64,000 nt of DNA, taken from positions 333,437 through 397,436 of the forward strand of contig JBGSRU010000002.1 of assembly GCA_041737385.1 (NCBI GenBank). The letters run 5' to 3'. The notes beneath the pieces are model-generated. The model made no database searches. It was not told where the DNA came from and saw nothing but the letters and a program-made list of their open reading frames with translations. Shown here one piece after another: positions 29,483-38,502 of the stretch; position 1 is the stretch's first letter, and each line of letters starts with the position of its first letter. Source of the stretch: Candidatus Saccharimonadales bacterium (GTDB lineage Bacteria; Patescibacteriota; Saccharimonadia; Saccharimonadales; SZUA-47). Both the position numbers and the translations under genes were made by a program.

Positions 29483-30055
29483 ATGGCATTTGAAGATTTT
29501 AAAACAAAAGACGCTGTCGTCGTCGTGTACACAGGTGAAGGCAAGGGTAAAACGAGCGCTTCGATAGGGCTTATGGTGCGTGCGCTAGGCAGGGACTGGA
29601 ACGTCGCTTATGTACAGTTTGTCAAAATGTGGGAAACTGGCGAATCGCAATTCATTACGAAACTGAAGGCTACTGGAGAGTTTGATAACCTCACTTATTT
29701 CAGAGGTGGCAAGGGGTTCTATAACGCAGGTGATCTCAGTGCTAAAAACGTCAGTGAAGCTGAGCATAAAAAAGCAGCCCAAGAAACCTACGAAAAAGCT
29801 ATCCAATACGCCACTAGCGGTGAATTTGATCTCGTTATATGCGATGAAATCAATAATTCAGTCCATGATGGGCTACTACCGAAAGCTGACCTCAAAAAAC
29901 TACTCACTAAGCGACATAGCAAAACGAGTGTTTGTGTAACAGGAAGAGATTTCCCTGAAGACTTAGTTAAATTCACTGACATTGCAACGAACATGACGAA
30001 GATAAAGCATCATTTTGATGATAAATTTCTCGCGAATAAGGGCATAGACTATTGA
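29483..30055 (+). CDS. cob(I)yrinic acid a,c-diamide / cob(I)alamin adenosyltransferase (CobO/BtuR type)
   Basis: VVVYTGEGKGKTSASIGLMVRALGRDWNVAYVQFVK matches the CobA/CobO P-loop block, followed by DLVICDEI. Confidence 0.75.
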   Translation: MAFEDFKTKDAVVVVYTGEGKGKTSASIGLMVRALGRDWNVAYVQFVKMWETGESQFITKLKATGEFDNLTYFRGGKGFYNAGDLSAKNVSEAEHKKAAQETYEKAIQYATSGEFDLVICDEINNSVHDGLLPKADLKKLLTKRHSKTSVCVTGRDFPEDLVKFTDIATNMTKIKHHFDDKFLANKGIDY

Positions 30056-30534
30056 CCGCGCAAGTACTCTCTGAGGCCGCAAGACAGGCAGAAGCCGACA
30101 GTCTACACCAATCCTTAGTTGAAGCTCACGAAAGAGTAAGAGAATTTAGCCAGTATGTTATTCCCCACGAAGAACCATCCCAGTTTGAGATAGGATTTGA
30201 ACAATCATCGATCGAGCATATAGAGTTAATCATTAGACATTTAGCTTTTGTTGGTGCTCATCAGATCGAACTGGTCCCAACCGAACTAAACCCGACACCA
30301 GAGACAACGACTATTTCAGATTTTGTAGTCGAGATCGAACGGTTCACTTCAACACTTTTTTTTATTACCGAGGAAGGTACAACACCGCTGGAGTCAATTA
30401 AGCGTTTTATCGTTTTACCTTCACCTGCTTTGATAATGAGTCAAGCTACTCGTTTTCCACTACTTAGTCGAGAGCTCTTGCCACTAACTCGTAGTTTGTT
30501 TGCCATACCGACCTCGATGCAACGTTTCTGGTGA
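30052..30534 (+). CDS. hypothetical protein
   Basis: 160-aa ORF with a TTG start overlapping the upstream stop (ATTGA). No motif recognised. Confidence 0.4.
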   Translation: MTAQVLSEAARQAEADSLHQSLVEAHERVREFSQYVIPHEEPSQFEIGFEQSSIEHIELIIRHLAFVGAHQIELVPTELNPTPETTTISDFVVEIERFTSTLFFITEEGTTPLESIKRFIVLPSPALIMSQATRFPLLSRELLPLTRSLFAIPTSMQRFW

Positions 30535-30545
30535 TAGTGATTAAT

Positions 30546-30857
30546 TTATATTTCTTGGGATAGTTTTTCGAGAGAATCAAGAAAACGACGGAGCGGTTTC
30601 TGGTGCTGAACAATCGCATAGTAGACTCGTAGATTGTCATGGGTTCGATCGGATGCAATTAGGCCTACATCAGTAAGCATTCGGAGTTTTTTTGACAGGG
30701 TGGATGGGTTGATCTGAAGTTCATCTCGCAACTCGCTGAAGTTACGTTCACCATATCGGTCAAGTTCATATACTATTTTAAGTACGCTAGCGTCTCCGAA
30801 TACATAAAATCCTCTCAAAAGTGCTAATAATTTCGCATCTGGTAATTGATTTTTCAT
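30546..30857 (-). CDS. winged-helix transcriptional regulator (ArsR/HxlR-like)
   Basis: About 100 aa with an HTH segment NFSELRDELQINPSTLSKKLRMLTDVGLI. Confidence 0.6.
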   Translation of the reverse strand: MKNQLPDAKLLALLRGFYVFGDASVLKIVYELDRYGERNFSELRDELQINPSTLSKKLRMLTDVGLIASDRTHDNLRVYYAIVQHQKPLRRFLDSLEKLSQEI

Positions 30858-30924
30858 AATTTAGCCATGTATATATTTCATACTACTACACTTTATAAAC
30901 AGCTTAAAATCCTTTCATTTCTTA

Positions 30925-30933
30925 TGCTATTAT
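30925..30933 (+). promoter_or_regulatory. extended -10 TGCTATTAT, 6 nt before ATG 30940
   Basis: TGnTATTAT followed by 6 nt and then ATG, which predicts a leaderless transcript. Confidence 0.5.
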
Positions 30934-30939
30934 TAACGC

Positions 30940-31581
30940 ATGAACAAAGACAAGCTCATGAATCAAAAAACTTTTAGTATTTTTTCATGGTCATTGTTCG
31001 CTTTGTCGTTGGCTATTGTTATAGCATCTTGGGGCATAGGTGTCTCGTGGCAACTCGAATCACTTAGCCCATACCAGTGGTTTCCGTTATTTGGACTACT
31101 CGCATGGATAATAATGGCAGGACATTATTATACCGGTGTTTTTCGAGTTCTAGATCATAGTCTTAAAAAACCCAAATTTTACAAAAATTTAACTGAGTAT
31201 GTGGTGCTTGGAAGCCTGCTGCTACATCCGGGGATTCTTGCAATCGCTCAGTTCAATAATGGCGAGGGACTTCCGCCTCAATCGTTTATTGATTATGTTG
31301 GTGAAGGATTGAAACTGGCAGTTTTACTTGGCTCAATATCACTTCTACTGTTCCTCAGTTTTGAAGTATTCAACCGTATGAGAAAAAACCGTTTCGTTAA
31401 AAAATATTGGTTAGCAGTTTCACTAAGCCAAAGTTTCGCAATGACGTTTATATGGGTGCATGGTCTACGACTTGGCACGAATTTAGGTGATGGATGGTTT
31501 AGGATCCTATGGATAGTTCTTGGGTTTGCACTACTACCATGCTTTTACTTTATTCATAAAGCAGATTTCACAAAAGAATAG
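30940..31581 (+). CDS. polytopic membrane protein, hypothetical
   Basis: 213 aa with 5-6 hydrophobic helices. Divergent from the wHTH regulator. Confidence 0.55.
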   Translation: MNKDKLMNQKTFSIFSWSLFALSLAIVIASWGIGVSWQLESLSPYQWFPLFGLLAWIIMAGHYYTGVFRVLDHSLKKPKFYKNLTEYVVLGSLLLHPGILAIAQFNNGEGLPPQSFIDYVGEGLKLAVLLGSISLLLFLSFEVFNRMRKNRFVKKYWLAVSLSQSFAMTFIWVHGLRLGTNLGDGWFRILWIVLGFALLPCFYFIHKADFTKE

Positions 31582-31598
31582 GCTATACAAAAACGCAT

Positions 31599-32102
31599 AT
31601 GAAACCAACACTACATTTACTGATGGGGCTCCCAGGGAGCGGCAAGACAACGCTGGCAAAGCATATTCAGAAACTCACCAAAGCAGTTAGATTGTCGTCA
31701 GACGACTATAGGTTATTGGTATTTCCAGAGCCAACTTTTAGTCAGAAAGAGCATGACAACCTTTACGGTCTCATCGATCACAATGTTGAGCACCTTCTCA
31801 GCTCAGGGCATAGTGTCATATACGACGCGAACCTTAACCGCCGGCATCATCGTGATGAGAAGTATGCACTCGCTAAAAAGTATGGCGCTGAAGTTAAACT
31901 ATGGTGCCTCAATACTCCCGAAAATCTCTCCAAGAAAAGAAGAGTTGAAGATCAAAACGACTCTCTATTGCCAGACGGCGAGTCACCTGAGCGTATGTTC
32001 GATCGAATCTCTTCATTGTTTGAACCGCCGCTAGTAGATGAGCCATGCACCTATATTGACGGTACTAAAATAACAGAAGAAACCGTTAAAGAAATCTTAT
32101 AA
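31599..32102 (+). CDS. P-loop kinase (AAA_33 / polynucleotide-kinase-like)
   Basis: Walker A GLPGSGKTT at residue 10 and a size of about 167 aa. Confidence 0.6.
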   Translation: MKPTLHLLMGLPGSGKTTLAKHIQKLTKAVRLSSDDYRLLVFPEPTFSQKEHDNLYGLIDHNVEHLLSSGHSVIYDANLNRRHHRDEKYALAKKYGAEVKLWCLNTPENLSKKRRVEDQNDSLLPDGESPERMFDRISSLFEPPLVDEPCTYIDGTKITEETVKEIL

Positions 32103-32182
32103 TTCCAACTCGGTTTCTCGGCTATATGGATTTTGTTTGAGTGGGTGTATTATATTTTTATAATAAAATATGAAAGAGAGCT

Positions 32183-32860
32183 ATGAGTTATAAATTTTTA
32201 GGTCCGTTAATTGGTGTATTAGTCTTTGTTGGTGGTTTTGTTGCAATAACGAGTTTGAGTGACGATTCAGAAACCGAACCAAGTAGCAGCTCATCGTCTG
32301 AAGTAGCATCAACTGATGCAAATGAGCCAACTTTCGCACCAGTGAACACTTTCGATGAATCATTCGTTGCCACCATCAGCGGCACAACGGAAGGACAAAG
32401 CTTTAGTGCAATACTTGAATCAGATGGTAACGGCGTTACTAAGTTCTCGTCAACGGATGAAAACGGGTCAAGTTTTGAATTCTACAATACACCTGATAGT
32501 ACTATAAATTGTTCTGAAGGACAGTGTGTTAAATTGCCAAGCTCAGGCGAAGCTTCAAATACCGAAGAATATACGTTTAACCAGTCAGATTTTGATAAGT
32601 TTAAAGAGACTGCTGAATACGAAGGTGAAGAAGATTGCCCAGCAGGGAAGTGCGACGTTTGGCTTGTAGCAGACGACGATGTTGCCGGCAATCCAAGCCA
32701 GTCATTAGAGACTAAAATCTACATTTCAAAGAAGGATCAGCGCATCAGTCAAGTTGTTGGGATGCAAAACGGAGAGGTAACGACCATTGTATACGAGTTC
32801 AAGGATGTCACGATTACACTTCCAGAAAACGTACAAGAACTTCCGAACTTTAATTCTTAA
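32183..32860 (+). CDS. membrane-anchored/secreted acidic protein, hypothetical
   Basis: N-terminal TM, a Ser-rich linker, and Cys pairs. Confidence 0.5.
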   Translation: MSYKFLGPLIGVLVFVGGFVAITSLSDDSETEPSSSSSSEVASTDANEPTFAPVNTFDESFVATISGTTEGQSFSAILESDGNGVTKFSSTDENGSSFEFYNTPDSTINCSEGQCVKLPSSGEASNTEEYTFNQSDFDKFKETAEYEGEEDCPAGKCDVWLVADDDVAGNPSQSLETKIYISKKDQRISQVVGMQNGEVTTIVYEFKDVTITLPENVQELPNFNS

Positions 32861-32887
32861 GCAGTTCTGCGCGTGGAAACCGACCTG

Positions 32888-33715
32888 CTATCGCCTACTT
32901 CTTATCACGTCGAGCGGTAAGAACAACAAGCTAAAAAGAAAAATCACAAATCCCAGTCCGAGAGAAAACAAAAAGCCGAGTGCAGTACTCGAAGGCTTGA
33001 GCCGTCGCAGGTTGGGTGAGCGGAGATTACCGTTATTTGTGTGTAGCTCTTTAGTACTGTTAATGAGTCGTCGATATTCAAAAATCTTTACCGTATTCAC
33101 GTATCGCTGACCATAGGTTGAGATAAGTAGATGATTATCTTGGATAATTTTTCCGCCTTGAGCAGCCATCCAGAGCGAGAGATCTTGGTCTTCGTGCACG
33201 AGAGAATCGTCATCAATTACTTTGTCTGCAACATCCTCCCACGCAGATTTACGAATTGCCATATTAGCTCCCCACATCGTGATCGTATGAAAGAGAGCGT
33301 GGACAAACCAATAGTAACCTCTTGCGAAAATAGTTGTTTTTAGCAGCGAGCTTCTTGGAATTATCGTTGCTCTTCCTAGCCCCGTCACCCCTTGAAGGCC
33401 AGCATCTAATTCGAATAATTCCTTAACCCGTTTTACCCAATCTACGTCAAGCTCCGAGTCAGCATCAATTCGACCAATTATTTCAGATTTCGCTGCATTA
33501 CATCCAGCAGTTCGTGCATGCCCACGGCCTTGCCTCGGTTCGTGAGTTATAGTGACGAAACCATACCTTCTTGCGATTTCCATGCTGGCATCTGTACAAT
33601 TATTATCCACAACGACAACCTCGTCTGGTGCAACCGTTTGTTTGGCAATTGAGTCTAAGCACTTTGGAAGCTCTGATTCTTCGTTGAAAACTGGGATTAC
33701 AATGGATATGGTCAT
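32888..33715 (-). CDS. family 2 glycosyltransferase with C-terminal TM
   Basis: ISIVIPVFNEE…VVVVDNNCTDAS and a DxD-region (RIDADSE). Confidence 0.8.
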   Translation of the reverse strand: MTISIVIPVFNEESELPKCLDSIAKQTVAPDEVVVVDNNCTDASMEIARRYGFVTITHEPRQGRGHARTAGCNAAKSEIIGRIDADSELDVDWVKRVKELFELDAGLQGVTGLGRATIIPRSSLLKTTIFARGYYWFVHALFHTITMWGANMAIRKSAWEDVADKVIDDDSLVHEDQDLSLWMAAQGGKIIQDNHLLISTYGQRYVNTVKIFEYRRLINSTKELHTNNGNLRSPNLRRLKPSSTALGFLFSLGLGFVIFLFSLLFLPLDVIRSRR

Positions 33716-33750
33716 GCACTCAATAATAACAGCTATCTGGCTAGATCCAC

Positions 33751-34296
33751 CTAGATATCACTAGCGTAAACAGTAACATAGAGATGCTGCTCGGTGTCTT
33801 CATCGAACAAAACTTCAGCCATACCTATTCGGTTCATTTTTCCGTTCAGCATACAGTCCTTATGCGGTAAACTGACTGACCATTGCGCTACAGCAGTGGC
33901 AGGATCGTTAGTAAGTAGTAGGTTCTCACAGGACTGAGCAGTTCTAGAAATAGCATATTTTTCTAATAAATCACTAAAAGTTTTGCCTTCGAATGAGTGG
34001 CTGTAGTATCTTTTAGTTTTCATATCGTTTGCACGTTCCTGCGCGAGACTATTTAGTCGAGTATCTTCTGTAAGGGCAGGTTGATTATTTATACGACGGT
34101 AATCGTTAATTTCGTTTGTTGTTCGTTGCTTATTTACAGCAGTGAACATTTCTGAGTTAATCACAGATACTCCTGCTACCTGCGGGCTCGCCGTAGCATA
34201 ATAAGTACCTTCTTGTGAGTTGTTAAAACTCCTTGCAGACAGGACAAAACAAGCAGAAAATACGTAAAACAGAAAAAACCTCACAAGTGTTTTCAT
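33751..34296 (-). CDS. CAP/SCP (YkwD-like) domain secreted protein
   Basis: LAQERANDMKTKRYYSHSF…CENLL…AQWSVSLPHKDCML pattern. The start is set to MKTLVRFF (signal peptide), with TGTTAAAAT 8 nt upstream. Confidence 0.7.
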   Translation of the reverse strand: MKTLVRFFLFYVFSACFVLSARSFNNSQEGTYYATASPQVAGVSVINSEMFTAVNKQRTTNEINDYRRINNQPALTEDTRLNSLAQERANDMKTKRYYSHSFEGKTFSDLLEKYAISRTAQSCENLLLTNDPATAVAQWSVSLPHKDCMLNGKMNRIGMAEVLFDEDTEQHLYVTVYASDI

Positions 34297-34395
34297 AATA
34301 ATATATTTTAACATAATATTATCTATTATGTCAAGCATTAGCATATCGCTTTATTTGTAATTCTACGATATACTTCTAGGAAGTTAATTAATCAT

Positions 34396-35535
34396 ATGAC
34401 ACAGAAAACTACTAAACGTAAAACGACTAGCAGAGCACCCTCAAACGACATGGGCGTAAAGCTGAGGAACTTTCTTTTAATTCTTGTTCCAAAATCTAAA
34501 TGGGGAAGAATATTTGCGGTCTCCTTATACGGCACAATCATTGCTGTGCTACTTTTCAGTTTTACATTGTCCCAGTGGTATAGAGTTTCACATAGTTCTG
34601 AGCCACTAACGATAGGCGCGACTTTCGTTCCAGGGTATGCACGATACTTTGAGCTTGACCCAAAAGAAACAATGCAAGCGATGATTGATGATCTGGGTAT
34701 TAAAAGGTTCCGACTCGTAAGTTACTGGAAAGATTACGAAAAAGAACCAGACCAATATGATTTTACTGATCTTGATTGGCAGTTTGACATGGTTGAAGCA
34801 GCCGGTGGAGAAGTTTCGCTAGCAATGGGCTTGAGGCAACCGCGATGGCCAGAATGTCATGGACCAGAATGGGCAATGCAAAAACCAGTCGCCGAGTGGA
34901 CTGAAGACTTAAAAGAATTCATGGGAGTTGTTGTTGATCGCTACAAAAATCGAGCCGTATTAACCGAATACCAACTTGAGAATGAGTTTTTCTTGAGTGT
35001 GTTTGGTGAGTGCCCGGACTTCAGCAGAGACCGACTCATCGACGAATACAATTACCTCGAAAATGCAGACAGCTCTAGGCCAATAATTATAAGCAGGAGC
35101 AATAATGCAGTTGGGTTCCCACTCGGCGATCCGCGTCCAGATAAATTTGCATTAACAGTTTACAAACGTGTATGGGATAAAACACTCACCAAAAGATACT
35201 TCGAGTATCCATTTCCTGCGTGGTTTTATGGCTTTCTTGCCGGAGGGGGTGAGATTCTGACAGGCAAGGAGCTGTTTGTTCACGAACTGCAAACTGAAGC
35301 CTGGCTCCCTGACGCGATCAGAGACCAAGGCTTCGATATGACGAATGCTTCAATTGAAGAGCTATACAAATCAATGGATCCAGAAAGACTTGCTTCTAGA
35401 ATTCAGTACGCGGTAGACACCGGCATGCGTACAATTGACGTCTGGGGAGTCGAGTGGTGGTATCAGATGAAAGAAAAACGAAACGCACCAGAACTATGGG
35501 ACACCGCTAAGCGCGAGCTACAGAGTTACCGCTGA
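34396..35535 (+). CDS. membrane-anchored TIM-barrel glycoside hydrolase-like protein
   Basis: N-terminal TM. QLENEFF (an NE acid/base-type motif) and a later HELQTEAW (candidate nucleophile Glu). The family is not resolved. Confidence 0.45.
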   Translation: MTQKTTKRKTTSRAPSNDMGVKLRNFLLILVPKSKWGRIFAVSLYGTIIAVLLFSFTLSQWYRVSHSSEPLTIGATFVPGYARYFELDPKETMQAMIDDLGIKRFRLVSYWKDYEKEPDQYDFTDLDWQFDMVEAAGGEVSLAMGLRQPRWPECHGPEWAMQKPVAEWTEDLKEFMGVVVDRYKNRAVLTEYQLENEFFLSVFGECPDFSRDRLIDEYNYLENADSSRPIIISRSNNAVGFPLGDPRPDKFALTVYKRVWDKTLTKRYFEYPFPAWFYGFLAGGGEILTGKELFVHELQTEAWLPDAIRDQGFDMTNASIEELYKSMDPERLASRIQYAVDTGMRTIDVWGVEWWYQMKEKRNAPELWDTAKRELQSYR

Positions 35536-35540
35536 ACTAA

Positions 35541-36254
35541 CTAGACCTTAGGCTCTGGAAATATAAACGGAGTGATGGCATCTATTGTTCTATTCGGTGC
35601 TAGTAATGCTTCCATGTGATAATGCTCTGCTATAACTACGGTAGATATGCCATCGTCAGCAGCTTTTTGCATGTCCGCTGATTCTTGGAATCTAAAGCTG
35701 TCTCTTCCTGAGTGCACTATTGCTCGTCCAGCTGGGAAGTCATCATACCTTCCAACCAAGTCATCAACTGTCGAATAACCTCTGCTTATCCTCAACGGAG
35801 TCACTAGTGTAGTTAAAGGGCTTCTGGCTAACTCGACGCCTGCACCAATCATATCTAGTATTCCGCCTTTGTGTGCACCAGATTCTTTTTCAATATGGTC
35901 AGCCATTATGTCGTTTGCTCTTTTTAATAATTCAATAAAGGGAACTTGCTCTGGAGGGTTAAAAGCTATAACTTGTAATGCCCCTCTTATTCGCATAATG
36001 CCAGCAGAATGCGCAATTACTGCTCTGCGTCGCATCTCTTTTGCTAACGCAGCTCTGTTAATCATTGCAGCAGACCTATTTAAGGTTATTACTTCTACAT
36101 CCTCAACTTCTTCCCAGATATTTTGAAAGAATCTACGCTCATCAAGAGATTGGGCCAAAAACTCGCCAACGCGCTTTCTTTCACTATGACCAAGCACGAC
36201 GAAAGCTTTGCTTGCTTCTAGTCTAAATTTTGGGCCGAGTGTTTCGCTGCTCAT
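35541..36254 (-). CDS. alpha/beta-hydrolase-like protein, hypothetical
   Basis: Part of ORF 35541..36338. The start is set to MSSETLG. Nucleophile-elbow-like IAHSAG. Confidence 0.4.
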   Translation of the reverse strand: MSSETLGPKFRLEASKAFVVLGHSERKRVGEFLAQSLDERRFFQNIWEEVEDVEVITLNRSAAMINRAALAKEMRRRAVIAHSAGIMRIRGALQVIAFNPPEQVPFIELLKRANDIMADHIEKESGAHKGGILDMIGAGVELARSPLTTLVTPLRISRGYSTVDDLVGRYDDFPAGRAIVHSGRDSFRFQESADMQKAADDGISTVVIAEHYHMEALLAPNRTIDAITPFIFPEPKV

Positions 36255-36317
36255 ATTTCTATTATAACACTTTTTTAATATGTTGTCTATAACCATAACC
36301 TCTGTTAGAATAGGAGG

Positions 36318-36785
36318 GTGAAAAAGAAGCAGCAGCAAAACGAAAAAACTATCAGAAATCGGCGAGCATCATTTGATTACGAACTTGGCGATAGTTTTGT
36401 TGTGGGAATAGTTCTAAATGGCAGAGAGACAAAAAGCCTACGTCTCGGCCATGCTCAGCTTCAAGGAGCATACGTAACGGTGAAAAATGAAGAACTATGG
36501 CTAATCAATGCAAGCATACATGGTACAAATGGTATTCCTATTGAAGACTCAGAGGTTACAAATGCGAGAAAACTACTTGCTAAGCGTAAAGAAATTGATC
36601 AAATAATTGCAGCCAAGCAACAGGGGAGAACAATTGTTCCGACCGCTATTCTCACGAAAGGTAGATTTATAAAAGTTCGTATTGCACTTGGTAAAGGTAA
36701 AAAATCCTATGACAAACGCGAGACAATGAAACGCCGCGACGACAACCGGAATACACATAGAGAAGTCAGAAACACTCTACGTTAA
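36318..36785 (+). CDS. smpB: SsrA-binding protein
   Basis: IRNRRASFDYELGDSFVVGIVLNGRETKSLR… and a basic C-terminal tail. GTG start, so the exact start is uncertain. Confidence 0.85.
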   Translation: MKKKQQQNEKTIRNRRASFDYELGDSFVVGIVLNGRETKSLRLGHAQLQGAYVTVKNEELWLINASIHGTNGIPIEDSEVTNARKLLAKRKEIDQIIAAKQQGRTIVPTAILTKGRFIKVRIALGKGKKSYDKRETMKRRDDNRNTHREVRNTLR

Positions 36786-37159
36786 CGATTAAATTCTAAG
36801 AGTTTTGGCTGGACATAATTCATTGTCTCTATAACGGGCTTAGCAGCAACTTCTGCTACACCATAAGGGATACCAGTTTTTACTTCTGCTACTACTAAAG
36901 CTCCGGCTACTGCTACACCAAGTGTTGCGTTTCCTACTTGTCTTATTGTTGAGTCTCTAAATTTAGGATCTAAAGGATAGAATTCAGGAGGATAACTCTG
37001 TAAATCGGGAAATCTACTTATGCCCATAGTACCTTCAGATGTATAAAGAAAAGCATTCATTACCGCTACGGTTGTCTTCAATGATCCACGACCAGCACTA
37101 TTACGAACTCTCGTAAACAAACTTTGAACTTTATTATACGGAGATACTAATTCACTCAT
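36782..37159 (-). CDS. hypothetical protein
   Basis: 125-aa ORF. On the minus strand TGATATAAC lies 8 nt upstream of the ATG. Confidence 0.45.
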   Translation of the reverse strand: MSELVSPYNKVQSLFTRVRNSAGRGSLKTTVAVMNAFLYTSEGTMGISRFPDLQSYPPEFYPLDPKFRDSTIRQVGNATLGVAVAGALVVAEVKTGIPYGVAEVAAKPVIETMNYVQPKLLEFNR

Positions 37160-37202
37160 TACATAATGTTATATCACGAAAACGATAAAATTACAATACT
37201 TA

Positions 37203-37907
37203 TTAGCCGATAACTGTGCCGACGTGCTCGCCGTTTATGAGTCTGGTTAGTCCGTCAGGTTCGTGGAGGTTCATCACAACCACTTTGACGCCTTGTTCAG
37301 CGGCAAGTCCCATTGCTGACTTGTCCATGACTTTAATTTCTGGGTTTTCAAGTGCTTGTTGGTAGCTTACTGATTCTAACTTCTGTGCATCAGCGAATTT
37401 GTTTGGATCTTTGTCATAGACACCGTCAACTTTTGTCGATTTGATAACCAGCTCACAACCTAGTTCAAGTCCGACTAGCACCGCAGCGCTGTCATGAGTA
37501 GAGTAGGGGCGTCCGATTCCACCTGCAACGATGAGTACTCTTCCTGCTTGGAGGTGCTTTTCAGCGAGCCTAAATGAAAAGTTTTCAGCAACTTGTTCAG
37601 CATATATATTGCTTAAACAGCGTGTAGGCACTCCGTGAGCTTCAAATATATCAGTCATTGCCATCGCATTAATAAGACCGCTCAGCATGCCCATCTGGTC
37701 AGCTGTAACGCGTTTGATACCGTCTCCAGCGAGTTCAGCTCCGCGAACTAGATTGCCACCACCAGCGATAATGACTAATTGGCAACCAGTTTCTACTATT
37801 TTCTTTGCTTCACCTGCGATCCACGCAACTACGTTTGGATCGATCCCTGAGTCGTGCTCGCCGGCTAGTTGCTCGCCGGACACTTTGAGCAATATTCTTT
37901 TATACAT
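37203..37907 (-). CDS. pyrH: UMP kinase
   Basis: YKRILLKVSGEQLAG, VIIAGGGN and TKVDGVYDKDP blocks. Confidence 0.9.
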   Translation of the reverse strand: MYKRILLKVSGEQLAGEHDSGIDPNVVAWIAGEAKKIVETGCQLVIIAGGGNLVRGAELAGDGIKRVTADQMGMLSGLINAMAMTDIFEAHGVPTRCLSNIYAEQVAENFSFRLAEKHLQAGRVLIVAGGIGRPYSTHDSAAVLVGLELGCELVIKSTKVDGVYDKDPNKFADAQKLESVSYQQALENPEIKVMDKSAMGLAAEQGVKVVVMNLHEPDGLTRLINGEHVGTVIG

Positions 37908-38034
37908 TAGCTCCTATTGTAGCAAGCTTTAAAGGCTACTAAAAGCTATACTTCAAGTTTAAGTACGAGATGTTTTGTCAAGATCACGTCGATGTGTTCG
38001 CCAACAATTGTATCAACGACAGTTGCTGGTAAAT

Positions 38035-38448
38035 CTAGACCACTGGACTTATGGCTCTATACTCGCCTGCGACATATATTTTTCCAAACATTACTTCTGT
38101 ATTCTCAGGATTAGATCTAATTAGGAATCCATTGAATTGTTGTTTAGAATCAGCTTGAGTTTTTATGTCTCCATTATCTCCAGCGACTGTGACCCCACTA
38201 AATAGATTAATAGAGCTAAAATACCATGCTTGTAGTACTCCAGTTTCTTTTAACCAGCATGCACTTGCGAGTACACCTACTTTTCGAACGTTCTTGGGAT
38301 TCTTAGCGCCAAAATACATGTGCTCTGTTTCTTCATGTTGATAGCCTAGTACTTTAGAAGGAATTAGAGAGAACGAAGCGTGCGATTCAGGAGTGTCGGC
38401 GCCCAAAAGCAGACGGGAAGTACGAAGGGGAGCACGAGAGGTAAACAT
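38035..38448 (-). CDS. hypothetical protein
   Basis: 137-aa ORF with a leaderless-type promoter. No motif recognised. Confidence 0.45.
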   Translation of the reverse strand: MFTSRAPLRTSRLLLGADTPESHASFSLIPSKVLGYQHEETEHMYFGAKNPKNVRKVGVLASACWLKETGVLQAWYFSSINLFSGVTVAGDNGDIKTQADSKQQFNGFLIRSNPENTEVMFGKIYVAGEYRAISPVV

Positions 38449-38456
38449 ATTATTTG

Positions 38457-38465
38457 ATTATATCA
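38457..38465 (-). promoter_or_regulatory. extended -10 TGATATAAT, 8 nt before ATG (38448)
   Basis: Exact TGnTATAAT on the minus strand. Confidence 0.6.
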
Positions 38466-38487
38466 CACAATAGTAGTATTGTCAATA

Positions 38488-38496
38488 TGCTACACT
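38488..38496 (+). promoter_or_regulatory. extended -10 TGCTACACT, 6 nt before ATG 38503
   Basis: TGnTACACT on the plus strand, divergent from the previous promoter. Confidence 0.55.
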
Positions 38497-38502
38497 TCAA
38501 TC

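Noticed and set aside
37930-38034. Short in-frame peptide (…LPATVVDTIVGEHIDVILTKHLVLKLEV*) in the spacer upstream of pyrH, considered as a remnant of tsf or another gene
   Set aside because: It is only about 30 codons with no start and I cannot verify any family match. There is too little sequence to call a pseudogene.
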